A stretch of 64,000 nucleotides of DNA, taken from the NCBI GenBank assembly GCA_040285745.1, contig JAUFOR010000003.1:1364001-1428000 (forward strand), read 5' to 3'. The notes below the pieces were generated by a model, which made no database searches, was not told the DNA's origin, and was given only the letters and a program-made list of their open reading frames with translations. Numbering within the stretch: position 1 is the first letter of the stretch; each line of letters opens with the position of its first letter. This stretch comes from Barthelona sp. PCE. Its lineage: Eukaryota. Position numbers and translations under genes: made by a program. Below, one piece after another: positions 9,441 through 20,700 of this stretch.

Positions 9441-10189
9441 TTACAATAAACCCAATAGGATATAACCCACAATTGCTATCACAGTAATTGTTAAAACAAG
9501 TGTCATTCTGAAATTCCTCCAGAACATGATTTTTTTCAGTGTAGCTGCATTTCTATCAACTCCTTGACTTTCAACTCTCAAATTCTCTGTCTCATCAACA
9601 ACAGAATGAAGATTATGTAAGTTTTTGTTAAGTTTGTTAACATTTTGGGTCATTACGTCTGTAGTAACAGCAATTTGCGCTTTTGTACGTGAAAGAACAT
9701 CAACATCTTCAGAAGAAGAAAATTTGGAAAAAAGTTGTTCACACATTACCTTTGTCGGACGAGTTAATGAACCCTCCATTGAATTGGCAATGTCAGCTGC
9801 AAACTTATCATTGAATGAAGTCTGGAACTCACGGAAAAGATTTTGAATAACCCTGACAGGTGCATTAGGTTCAAATACAGCAATATAAATACAAGAATGG
9901 TCAGACTGGCAGCAAACTGTTCCTGCGTCGTCTTCTAATGTGAGTTTAGGAGTTGTTGAAGGATCTAAACGGTCTAAAATGGATTCAACAAGTTGAGTCA
10001 GTGAATTGCGTTGGTTACGAGGTAAATCGTTTGTGTGTAAGCACAGTTGCGCCTTAATGTTAGTAACATTTATGTATAAAGGATGTACAACACGAAAAAA
10101 AAATTGATCGCTATGTACATGTTTATGCAAAATACTTTATCGGGGTTATGCCTTGCGACACCCAGCAATCTTAAAAAAGGTAAGCTCAT
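9441..10189 (-). CDS. VAMP7: Longin R-SNARE VAMP7-like, 221 aa, complement(join(9441..10052,10136..10189))
   Basis: Exon 1 MSLPFLRLLGVARHNPDK joins AQLCLHT..., giving a longin-like N-terminus; SNARE motif VMTQNV...ETENL, MFWRN and a C-terminal TM helix. Confidence 0.8.
10053..10135 (-). other. Spliceosomal intron, 83 nt, phase 0 (VAMP7)
   Basis: Minus strand GTATTT...ACTAACATTAAG; same branch point spacing as the other introns; internal hairpin. Confidence 0.8.
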
Positions 10190-10353
10190 ATGCAAAGTAC
10201 AATTGAGAAGGATAGAATTGCTAAAACAAAAACTTGCTTCACTTTTCCGAAAATATAGACCACATTCAAACTCCACCGCCACCTTTTACCCTCATATGTG
10301 ATCCAATAAAGTGTTTAAACCTTTTTCATCCTTTTTCATATTGTTCAAACGTC

Positions 10354-10962
10354 ATGGGGCATCATCATCACAAGTCTGGATTCTGGAACTATATGATCCT
10401 GATCCACGAATATGGTACTGTTGTCTCCTTCTTTTTGTTGTTTATTTTTACTTTCCTGAAGCGCAGTAGAAAAATTAGCACAAGTTTACACTGTTGGATG
10501 ACGAATATATTCATGACAACCGCATTAATATGTTCTTCTTTACCAGTTTTTCGAACAATTAAACACAATCGATTTTTGTGGATGGTTTTTAAATTTAAGC
10601 ATTTACATGCTATAGTTGGCTGGATCGTCATGATAACCAACATCTACTTCTTTAGAAATGGATATGTAGCTCATAAACCAAAAGACCGTTTACTTAAACC
10701 CAAAAATGTGTTGAGGACTCACAAATATCTCGGATGGTTTTTCTTAGTGCTATGGTATTACGGTATATGGACTGGAGTCTACAACGCATTTGGAGTTGAT
10801 CATGATTGGTGGGTTCCCATCTTTTGGTGGACAATAGGGTTAACTGTTTTGTTTGCCATTATCACCGAAATATCTGTTTGGAGGAAACGTGTGCAAAGGG
10901 AGCAGTTGAGGCTAACAACCAACCCTCTCTTATCTACTGAAGATAGTGAGTCAGTAAATTAG
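10354..10962 (+). CDS. Cytochrome b561/ferric reductase-like membrane protein
   Basis: Likely start 10354 (MGHHHHK); about five hydrophobic helices with His at helix starts (IHEYG, LHCWM, LHAIVGW, THKYLGW), the di-heme b561 pattern. Confidence 0.65.
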   Translation: MGHHHHKSGFWNYMILIHEYGTVVSFFLLFIFTFLKRSRKISTSLHCWMTNIFMTTALICSSLPVFRTIKHNRFLWMVFKFKHLHAIVGWIVMITNIYFFRNGYVAHKPKDRLLKPKNVLRTHKYLGWFFLVLWYYGIWTGVYNAFGVDHDWWVPIFWWTIGLTVLFAIITEISVWRKRVQREQLRLTTNPLLSTEDSESVN

Positions 10963-10988
10963 AAAAATATCTATTTATTTGTTGCTAT

Positions 10989-13900
10989 TCATTCATTACT
11001 CGCCAATAACCTGGTTGTAATGGCCTCAGGGTAGCCGATCATCGGTGCTATAGTTACAGAAATGTTAGTAAGAATCTCTGTATTTGACTGTATGCTGTAA
11101 CGTTCGCTTTCTGTATTATTTCCACAATAAATTTCACGATAAGCAGACTCCCAAATGCCTTTAACAACCCAGGACGATAACTTTGTGATCATTGCATGAC
11201 TACGTTCAGGTGCAGTTATGTTAAAAAAGTGCATTTCATTATGTCTTGTCTTTAAGTACACCTGTGATCCATTCCTCACTAAGTCTTTATCCAATAATAC
11301 CTCAAGTTGGGAAAGCATGTTCTTATCATTCACATCACTATTCAAAATAAAAGCTGGGTCATATGCTGCTTTGCTGATTTTATCGAAATAATCGTTACCA
11401 AAATTTGAATATAGTATGTACTTCTCAACAACTTGGTTAAGACTGTTATACATCGTGAAGCGGTGCATCTCTTTCAGAATGTCCTGGTTCATATCTCCAA
11501 AGCGCGAAATAGGTATTGGATCCTGTACACACTGCTGTAATCTGTACAACTCAAGTGCTCCTTCACGTACTTCCTTTGCCATTCGTGATAGAGGGGTGTC
11601 TTCGTTAAGCATCTCGTTGACGGCGCTGTTGAGAGTCTGTTCACTTAATCCTAACGTTATAACGTTATCGTAAATAAAAGGAATAAGGTCGATACGAGAG
11701 AGAACTGGTGCAATAATTTGTTCATTTGAGGGCTCAACCTGAGCTTCCTCCTGTGGAACATTTTCGTTATAAAACATATCCAAGGCCACATCAGCTTCAT
11801 CGATGAAACCATTACCACTGCTTCTTTTCTCAACATCTTCCTTCTTCTTTTCAACAACTTTCTTTTCCTCCTTCACACTAAAAAAGTCTTTCAGTGTGAG
11901 AACCGGTGTCTCCTCCATAGTCTGCATCACAGCAGATTTAAGCGATGTAAAAACAGACTGAGGCAGACCAAATGTGATTATGTGTCGACAAATAACAAAC
12001 CAGTGCACAATGTTGCACATTAATAGAACCATATATTCACGTGCATTTGAATACCACTCCTCACAGTTGACACGGGAGATGCTCTCGACCCCGAGTACTG
12101 ATGTCAACACGCTATGTACCCAGTCGCTCGGAAGATCACTGACGCAATCACTGTTGTATTCAATCATGAAATGGTTATCATTTTTGGTCAGCGTATTGAT
12201 GGCAAGACAGCATTCGAGAACAAGTCGATCTAGTGCATCAAAAAACTCTTCAGGTGGACGTTCTTTGGCGGGAAAATTTCCAACCAATTTCAGTGCTTGG
12301 TCACACATATCCCACACATCTGGGATGACTCTGTCCATTATCTGAGGAACAATAGCCTCAAACTGTTCAGTATCTTTGCTTAGCTTGCGCCACGCGACAT
12401 TGTTTGCATGGAATAACATAGACAAAAATTCTTTGAGCGTATCTTCACTGAAGATCGAAAGCAGAATGTTATTTGATGTCACATTGCGGTGTCTGTAGTA
12501 CAAACGAGCATTATACGGTACAAATGTTAAAGGTGACCATACGCCGATTAGGGTAAAAATGGCAAAAGGCATCTCAAAATCCGGAAAATCATTGTGTGCA
12601 TTCTGGATAAGAGATAATTCTGTATCCTGACACGCTGTACCACTCGTTTCGAGCATTCTAATATCAACAATAAACCCATCAAAATACACTTCTCTGATTA
12701 TTATTACGGAATCTGCAACAACATACATGTCACCGGGAAGAATAAAACCAAAGAAACCTGAATTTTGAGCATGTACTAATGCTTTTGATAGTCCTTTGAT
12801 ATTCTCTCGTTGTTTAACTGCTGTGACAAAATTATTGGTGTTTGACACACTACATATAAATGACTTCTCATTACTGTTGAAATAATAGCGTGGTCGGATT
12901 GTACCTGATCGATACAGAGGGGATATCATGAATGCACAATAGTAATTTGTATCAAAGATTACGCTAATAATCAGATGAATATATCGCAAGAAATGGGAAG
13001 GTAATAACAATAATGGAGATATATATGCTGATGGTGCGTTAATAAACATAAATTTCGTCTTTTCATACAATGATTTGTATTTGAGGTAGATAATGTGCGC
13101 TACATGGAATAAGATAAGAGGGTTACAGCTTGTGAGTGAAGTGAAAGCACGGAGATCGTACTTGTACATCAAAAATGAAAACACTAAAAGATAGCTGAAA
13201 TTTTCAGGTAAAGTAAATGCTAAATAGAAACTACGCATAACTAAAATCATAAGTAAAACACCAACTATGATGCTATGAGTTTCTAAATCAAAAGAAAATG
13301 TTTTTTCAATATAATTTTCAATTGTAGTAATTGAGTCACCAATATGAACAATAATAAATAGTGGCAGCAGCACAAAAGAAAGAAACCTTTTCAAGTAATA
13401 AACAGTATTCTCCCATTTAGGGAAAGAATTGGTGCCAAATTCACCAATATAAATTAAATCGAGCACATGGATTTTTTGTGAATTTTGCAAAATGTATAAA
13501 ACTAAGCAAAAAACAACAGTTAGTGTGTTAGTATAATTTCTAATACTTGAATTGAAACTGGAATAAAGACTAACAATTGCAGTAACACCAACAAAATAGA
13601 AGAAAATGATTAAGAAACGTTTTGTTAATAAGCGCTTTCGGTCAATGAACCTCAAATTTAGTGGAATTAGCACACGGTAACAAGCCATAAAACAGCCTGC
13701 TATAACATACAGCGTCACATCAACAGGTGATACAGTGTAAACTACATAAGATGGTATTGTAACGTAAGCAACAATCGAAAAAACTGATACCCAGCCTGCA
13801 ATCATTCCTTGTCCTAAACAATAAATATTAAACTGCTCTACGAAGTAAAGAATCCAAATATGTAGAGGTGGTAAAATTCCAAAAAAATGTAAAAGGAAAA

Positions 13901-14540
13901 AACCACCAACACACCAATGAAAATGTTGTACATTAATAAAGCCGAAATCAAATAATAGTGTTAAAATAAACATATAATGGGTTCTCAGGTGAGGTGAAAA
14001 GAACTGTTTAGGGACAGGTTCCTCTGGGCCAGAAGAATATCCACTTAAAAATGTAAAAACCATGGTCAGAACGCACATGAAATTGGAAATCTTTATCCAG
14101 TTAGAACAGTTATTGCTAAGAGGAACGTAAACATTCAGGATATATATCTGCATAGCAACAGTAGTAAAGCTCAAAATTACACTGAATGGGGATTTGGACC
14201 ATACTGATCCTAACAGGACATTAAAGCTTGTGTAATATATGTACATTGCAAGCTGAAAAATAAAACATATAACCATGGCTGCTATGAATAGCTTTAACAT
14301 AAATCCATCAACTGCATAAGCAAAAATGAACAAAATAAAAGAAATGACCCACAAAATCAACTGTAAAAGGGTTCTATCTTCATTATCATGGTCAATGGAT
14401 ATTGCAAAAAACCTCTTTATCAGTTCCGTGATGTAATAAAAAAACATTTCAGCGTACTGAAAGCCAAACATCCTTTCGTCCATAAAGCCGTCGGTAAAGT
14501 AACTGTACCAAATACGATAAAGTATTACCCTGATGATCAT
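10989..14540 (-). CDS. PCNX: Pecanex-like multipass membrane protein
   Basis: Many TM helices; C-terminal VKGIWES..EI..NNTESERYSIQSN..IL.NI..IGYP matches Pecanex_C; GTACQDTE motif. Confidence 0.8.
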   Translation of the reverse strand: MIIRVILYRIWYSYFTDGFMDERMFGFQYAEMFFYYITELIKRFFAISIDHDNEDRTLLQLILWVISFILFIFAYAVDGFMLKLFIAAMVICFIFQLAMYIYYTSFNVLLGSVWSKSPFSVILSFTTVAMQIYILNVYVPLSNNCSNWIKISNFMCVLTMVFTFLSGYSSGPEEPVPKQFFSPHLRTHYMFILTLLFDFGFINVQHFHWCVGGFFLLHFFGILPPLHIWILYFVEQFNIYCLGQGMIAGWVSVFSIVAYVTIPSYVVYTVSPVDVTLYVIAGCFMACYRVLIPLNLRFIDRKRLLTKRFLIIFFYFVGVTAIVSLYSSFNSSIRNYTNTLTVVFCLVLYILQNSQKIHVLDLIYIGEFGTNSFPKWENTVYYLKRFLSFVLLPLFIIVHIGDSITTIENYIEKTFSFDLETHSIIVGVLLMILVMRSFYLAFTLPENFSYLLVFSFLMYKYDLRAFTSLTSCNPLILFHVAHIIYLKYKSLYEKTKFMFINAPSAYISPLLLLPSHFLRYIHLIISVIFDTNYYCAFMISPLYRSGTIRPRYYFNSNEKSFICSVSNTNNFVTAVKQRENIKGLSKALVHAQNSGFFGFILPGDMYVVADSVIIIREVYFDGFIVDIRMLETSGTACQDTELSLIQNAHNDFPDFEMPFAIFTLIGVWSPLTFVPYNARLYYRHRNVTSNNILLSIFSEDTLKEFLSMLFHANNVAWRKLSKDTEQFEAIVPQIMDRVIPDVWDMCDQALKLVGNFPAKERPPEEFFDALDRLVLECCLAINTLTKNDNHFMIEYNSDCVSDLPSDWVHSVLTSVLGVESISRVNCEEWYSNAREYMVLLMCNIVHWFVICRHIITFGLPQSVFTSLKSAVMQTMEETPVLTLKDFFSVKEEKKVVEKKKEDVEKRSSGNGFIDEADVALDMFYNENVPQEEAQVEPSNEQIIAPVLSRIDLIPFIYDNVITLGLSEQTLNSAVNEMLNEDTPLSRMAKEVREGALELYRLQQCVQDPIPISRFGDMNQDILKEMHRFTMYNSLNQVVEKYILYSNFGNDYFDKISKAAYDPAFILNSDVNDKNMLSQLEVLLDKDLVRNGSQVYLKTRHNEMHFFNITAPERSHAMITKLSSWVVKGIWESAYREIYCGNNTESERYSIQSNTEILTNISVTIAPMIGYPEAITTRLLASNE

Positions 14541-14792
14541 AGCTATTTTGAGAAAGTTTGAAAGGGATAAAATGGAAAATACAGTTCTACTGTTTTATAA
14601 CTTCAACTATTCATCTATAAACGATTTATTACATATGATTTAGGATGTTGAAGCGAACTAAATAAGCACAGACGTTTACATAAAATAACTGCCCAAGTGA
14701 ACCATTATCGTCAAATCCTTAAACTATGGAAATCTATCACACAAAGCTTATACGCCACTCCATGATGATTGCCATTTTGTTTATAAACATGA

Positions 14793-17700
14793 TTAGGCAA
14801 TTGTTCTAAGGTAATATGGGGTTTTTTCAAAGTATGAGCGCTTCAGAGACGTTGCTAAAGTCAAAAATAACAATGCAACTATAAAAGCTGTGAAGATTAC
14901 CAAAAAGAAAAATGTTCCATTCAGCAATACCTCTTTCACTTCCTTGGGCACGATCCACACCGTGTCCCTGGAGAACTTTCTAATACTACAAGATATTTTT
15001 GTTGCTGTGCCAAACATGGGTATGCTCTGTTTTGCGTTTTCACACACTTCAGCTGGAATAGCAACGTTTTTCGCAGCATCGCTGTTGGGGTCATCATTGT
15101 TTATGTATTCAGCATTTCCAAATTCCAAAGCACATGCGAGATCTCGGAGAGCATCTTTCTCATTGGGATTGTGGTCAACGCGTAGACAACTGTTAGCATA
15201 GTAGTTAGACATGAGCCATGATTTGACACGCATTTCTGCCCGATGATCAGCTTTTCTTATGAAATCAAATATATCCGTACCCATTTCAAGAAACAAAAAT
15301 GGCTTGTCAAGACGTGAACTACAATAAAAATGATCAATTGTGTAGTTACTGGTTGCTAATGGCATCCTGGCTCGTTGTTCGCTGAAAGTAAGATTGATAG
15401 GTGGTCCGAATTGGAAAACAAATACTTCAAATGACTTTTGAAGAGCTTTGTAAAAACTTCCACTTACACTTCCTATTTTTGAACCTAATTTGAGTTTTTG
15501 TTGGTCATTTTTATGTGATACTACAAAGAGCGTTGAGTTAACACCTCTTGCAATGAATGAACTTAGTGAAGTTACGTCTACTTTGTAGTAAAGTATCCTT
15601 CCTGGTTTTGTAATTTGTTCTGAATGAACAATATTTTCACCGGTAACAAAATGGTATTCAAATACAATGCGTATCATTGAGTCAATATGTTGTGCCTCTA
15701 AAAACTTGTTGATGGAAATTGTATCTACCTCTATCACAATGTGCAGTTCACTGTTCATACTAACATTATAAACTTTGTAATCTCCTCCGTTTCGTTTATC
15801 AATAACTCTGGTTTCCATGACATCATCTGTTCCCATTTGCCTAATATCAAATTCTACTTCAACAGGATATTCATCAGTGTAAATATTTATGGCAATCAAC
15901 TCATGCTCACCTCTAATTATTTTGACTGGAAGTGCGTAATTCTGTGAATTGGTCATAGTGTTGATCATGTGACTTCCCTCAGTGCTATTCCAAAGTTGTT
16001 CCTCTATTACATCATTAGGGTTTTTCAGATACTGATACCTTACATAACATGGAAGACCATTTTTACCAACAGTCACTCTAATATCGAAATTAAATTCTGC
16101 AGTTCCTTTGTTGTACCAATGTTCTTTAATGAAATAAGCTTTAATATTATGTGATTTTGAAAATTCCTGACTTTTAATTCGCAATATTTCATTTTTAGAG
16201 CTTATTTCAAGGATCTCCTGTGTGTAATCAATGTAATACATGTAAAGTTGAAGACAAGTTGTGCTGACAGAGAAGGTTAAATCAAATTCTGGATTGAAAT
16301 TTTGAGGTAAACTAAATTTAAACCTCTTATAATTAAAATTACTATGGAACGTAGCAGTACCTTCACCATAATCGGATCCCTCTAAACCACTGAGGTGTTC
16401 ACGTGATGTGTTAACTAAAATATGATAGAAAACGACATCATTTCGACTAATACTATTATCTAATGTGACATAAAGGTGCCTGGCACCCTGTTTCATGTTG
16501 TAATACACACATGATCGTTTTCCTAGCACTTTACGAATACTTCTTTTTTCACACATTGAGCGCAAATTCTCATCATTATATGGAACAACAAGCGGCGAAT
16601 AGTGAGCTACAACGCGGCCGCCACCAACGGTTGCACAGAACTTGAGCATATGATCTGGAACAACATTTTCAGGAATTGGTATACGAACATAACTCATATT
16701 ACCGCTTAACTCAAACACTGAGCTGACAGTGCGGCGAATGAGAAGATCCTTCTCGGTGAATATATCAGGCTTCCGAGTAATCATTTCAACCGAGGAACTC
16801 ATCTCGATAGTGCTCACTGAAAGTTCAAATGCACACTCATTTGCATTACAATCTTCTAGAATAACCCATACTGCATTTCCTTCTTCCAAACAATACTCAG
16901 ATCTTTCATATTTCCCAGAGATTGGAACAGTGAATTTTTCAAACGAATCAATGTCTCTGTTACTCTTAAGAACCATGAACCCAACATTGAAATTTCCACG
17001 AATGGACTGAACGGTGATCCTGGTGTAACTTGTGATGTGAGTTTTTTCAACTGTGTGTGTATAGTACTCAGTGAACTGAGGTTTCAATTGACCTAATACA
17101 GGTCCTTGAAGTGGTTTAAGAATAATAGTATGATACACTTGAATTGAAACGTCGATTGGTTCCACTTGTGTTGATTTCGGTTCAATATAAACTCGTAACG
17201 AATCACGATCATTGATACCCAAAACAAATTTGTGCAACGTATCAAGTTTTGTCCCATACTTACGAACACATGCATCAAAATTCTGTCTTTCGCCACTGTT
17301 TAACACATATACTATTGAAATATCACTACAAAACCCAATTGGAATATCCACTCGAATCAGTATAACTCTGAATTTATCTTTAAATAAATACTCCACCAAA
17401 CCATAACTAGGGAACCGGATATGCATCTTAACGTTGCTCAATGTACGGTCACTACGAGATATTATTTGCTGACTAAATGGTGTTGGTATGTGTGTTATTG
17501 AAAGATACTCCGGTTTGTTCATATGTATTCCGTATACCATGAAATGCAGATTAATTTGTTCGATGTGGCCCCTGAGAGTGTTCCCATACTCCTGCAATAC
17601 TCTTGGTGTGCTAGCAATTGAAAAAGATGTGTTCTTCAGAACTAAATCATCGTTAAAGAATGCAAATTTATCGTTTGCTGAGAACTTCACGTTAACTAAT

Positions 17701-20700
17701 GACTTTGATATGGCAGAATCCTCTATGGGATGAATCTTACGAATGGTGTAAGTTACACGCGAATATTCAAAGTAAGGAATCTGCATATAAAACAAACAAT
17801 GTTCCGAAGGTCGGTCGACGCTGTTTGAATAATCAAGAAGAGTGTTTTCTACGTTGCAGTGTAAAGGACTTTCCAAAGTACATATTTGGAATGACGAATA
17901 TGAAGTGTATAATTGTAAAGTAGCAAAAAACGTAACTCCAACATCTGATTTCACATACAAATATAAATCTTCGTACATATATCCAGTGTATGAAGGTGAT
18001 TTCGACTCGACACGTTTAATCATTGGTACATCAATATCACTATGTGACAATGTGGGATTGGCCAATAGAAGTACTAAATTGGGAGTTTCATAATCACGTG
18101 GTACATGTCTAAGCTTTAGAGTGATGTGCATTACATCTTTTGATGTAAGATAATGTGCAGGTGTAATTAATCTGTACAGAGAATCTCTTTTGAACTGCAT
18201 ATAAACAGATGACTCAACACTGACAGCTTTTGTTTTGTTGAGTTTTAACTGACGGTTTTCAATATCTTGGAATGAAAATACCCATAATTTATGTCCTGAA
18301 AACAGTCGATCTGTGTGATCCAAGAAGTATTCCTTCAAACCACCAAAGAACAACATCTCCTCCTTACAAAGAGGCTCCAATGACTTGGCACAAAAAGGTA
18401 TCGCTTTGAAATAAAATCTACTTGATGTGTTGAGATAAAACCATTGTGGTTCTGAAAAATCAACAGATGTAATGTTACTAGTTACCTGTAAAACAACTTC
18501 CATGTCTTCTGCTGGTATATCTATGTTGTTTGGTATGTCATCCAAGGAATTCAAAGTTATCATATGCTCTACCTCTTGCAAATCTACATTAATAGTGGTG
18601 TTAAATTCGCTGACAACATTCACAATGAAACATTGGCCACCGTAAACACTTGAAGCTGTGGATGTACGTATAGGTTCGTTTCGGTCGAGATCATTCACAT
18701 ATACTGGTGTTGTAACTGGATTAATCTCATCAAAAATTGATAGTTCTTCAGGCAGTCTCAACATATTCTGAATTTTTTCTGGAGATCGTTCGATGACAGT
18801 AAACAGAGAACTGTTAACAGAACAAGGAGCCACTCTTATGTAATATGGTATTGTGTTCTCAGATGAAACATGAATACTCACGATCAATGGGTCAGTGAAA
18901 TTCCTACGAACCATGAACTGCCGACCCAGTGTGTGTGGCCCAATTTCAAGAGGTCCAGACACAAGAGATGGATCTTTAAAGACGATTGGTTCAATATTAC
19001 GCGCATTAATAGTAATTTCAAGATCTTCACAATCAACAAGCTGCAAAAGCACACCTTCAGAAGTGTCACTGTCGATATTATATATATAAAATGCCATTTC
19101 TGACTTGTGAGTGGCATATATATCAATAATTCTAAAATCAACATCCTGCCGATTTTCACAAGGCCAACTCTTCGGTTCATAAACAAGATGACATATATCA
19201 TCATCTATATCATCTGTATTCCATTCCAAATTAATTATTAGGCTTGTCTCCATATCTAGAGAAGATACAAAAACATTGCTCTCTTCAGTTAAATACGTTT
19301 CTTCACCAGCATTTAGAGGAGGTTTTTTCCTTGCTACAATAGTGAATTTGATTTTCGAATCAACATCAAATTTTGGAATAAGTGTTATGTAAACTGGTCT
19401 ACTGGGGTTAATCAAGCATTTGATATCAATCTTTTCTGTACCACCAAATCCTAAACTACTATCTCTCTCTTCATACTCAATTTTTGGTTCAGTTTCAATC
19501 TCAAAATATGTAAACTCCATAAAATGAAATTCTTCATCATAGAACTTAAAATACTGCGGCTCATTCCCAGCAACATAATATTCAACGGACTCGTAAAGTC
19601 GCAATACATTAAATTCTTTTCGATGAACTAACACTGATACATTGAATGTACTGTGGACTTTGCGTTTATATCGAATAGCACCATATATTGTTGTGTTACC
19701 TAACACTCTATACACAGCATTATCATTGATATCAATCAAAATCTCTGATAAATGACTGCCCACATCAAAATGAATGACTTTTTGAGCAACAATATCCCAC
19801 ATTGTTGATGAATCAGTGACACCATCATCAAAACCCAATGGATCAAATGATGAATATGAGAATTTAACAACAATATCCTCTTCATAAACTGTTTCATTGC
19901 GTTCAAATCGAAAACGTAAAATATCTGAGGTTGAATCTATATCAGAAATATTAATCATAAAAACAGATACGTGGTTTTCCACTGTGGCAAGGGATATAAC
20001 AGTTAAGGCTTCAGTCCATTCATTAAAAGTATCAACGATGATATTTTGATCAACAATAGGGTTCTCAATAAGTAAATCCATATAGAATGTGTATGCTGTG
20101 CCTATTTTAACTGTTTCATACTCAATATAGAGATACTCTTTACCGACTAATTGATTATGATAGATAAAAAATGATAAATACTCGTCAACTTCATTAAATA
20201 TCTTCCAGTCAATATTAAGATCAAACTTAACAGCAACGTTAAACTGGCCAGCTACTTTTAGTTTAAAGAAAAGTAGAGAATTATCCGTTTCAGATAAACT
20301 TGCTTTGAATACATGTTTTTTAACATCACAACTTCTACAGTGATACTCTTTACCAAGCTCAACACTCCTTTCAACAAGTGTCTGGTATGATAACTTGAAC
20401 ATTGCCGATCTTTTAAACAAATCTGGTGATCTCTGCAAAAAAACTGTAATGTACACAAATCCACTTGATGACGTGTAATCTTGCTCAAAAAACGTATCGT
20501 TAAGTGGGAATGAAAGAGAAGAGCTGGCATGGTGACAACTGAGATCTCCAGCCAACGGCACATCACTCAAAAACAATACAGGATACAATTCTGAACTAGT
20601 TGTCAGTACCTCCAGTGTTACTCTTACATTAGGTGATTTGCTGGACACCTTACCATAGTAGTGGCGATATGTGTTCTCGAATACCATACCTGAAACAATA

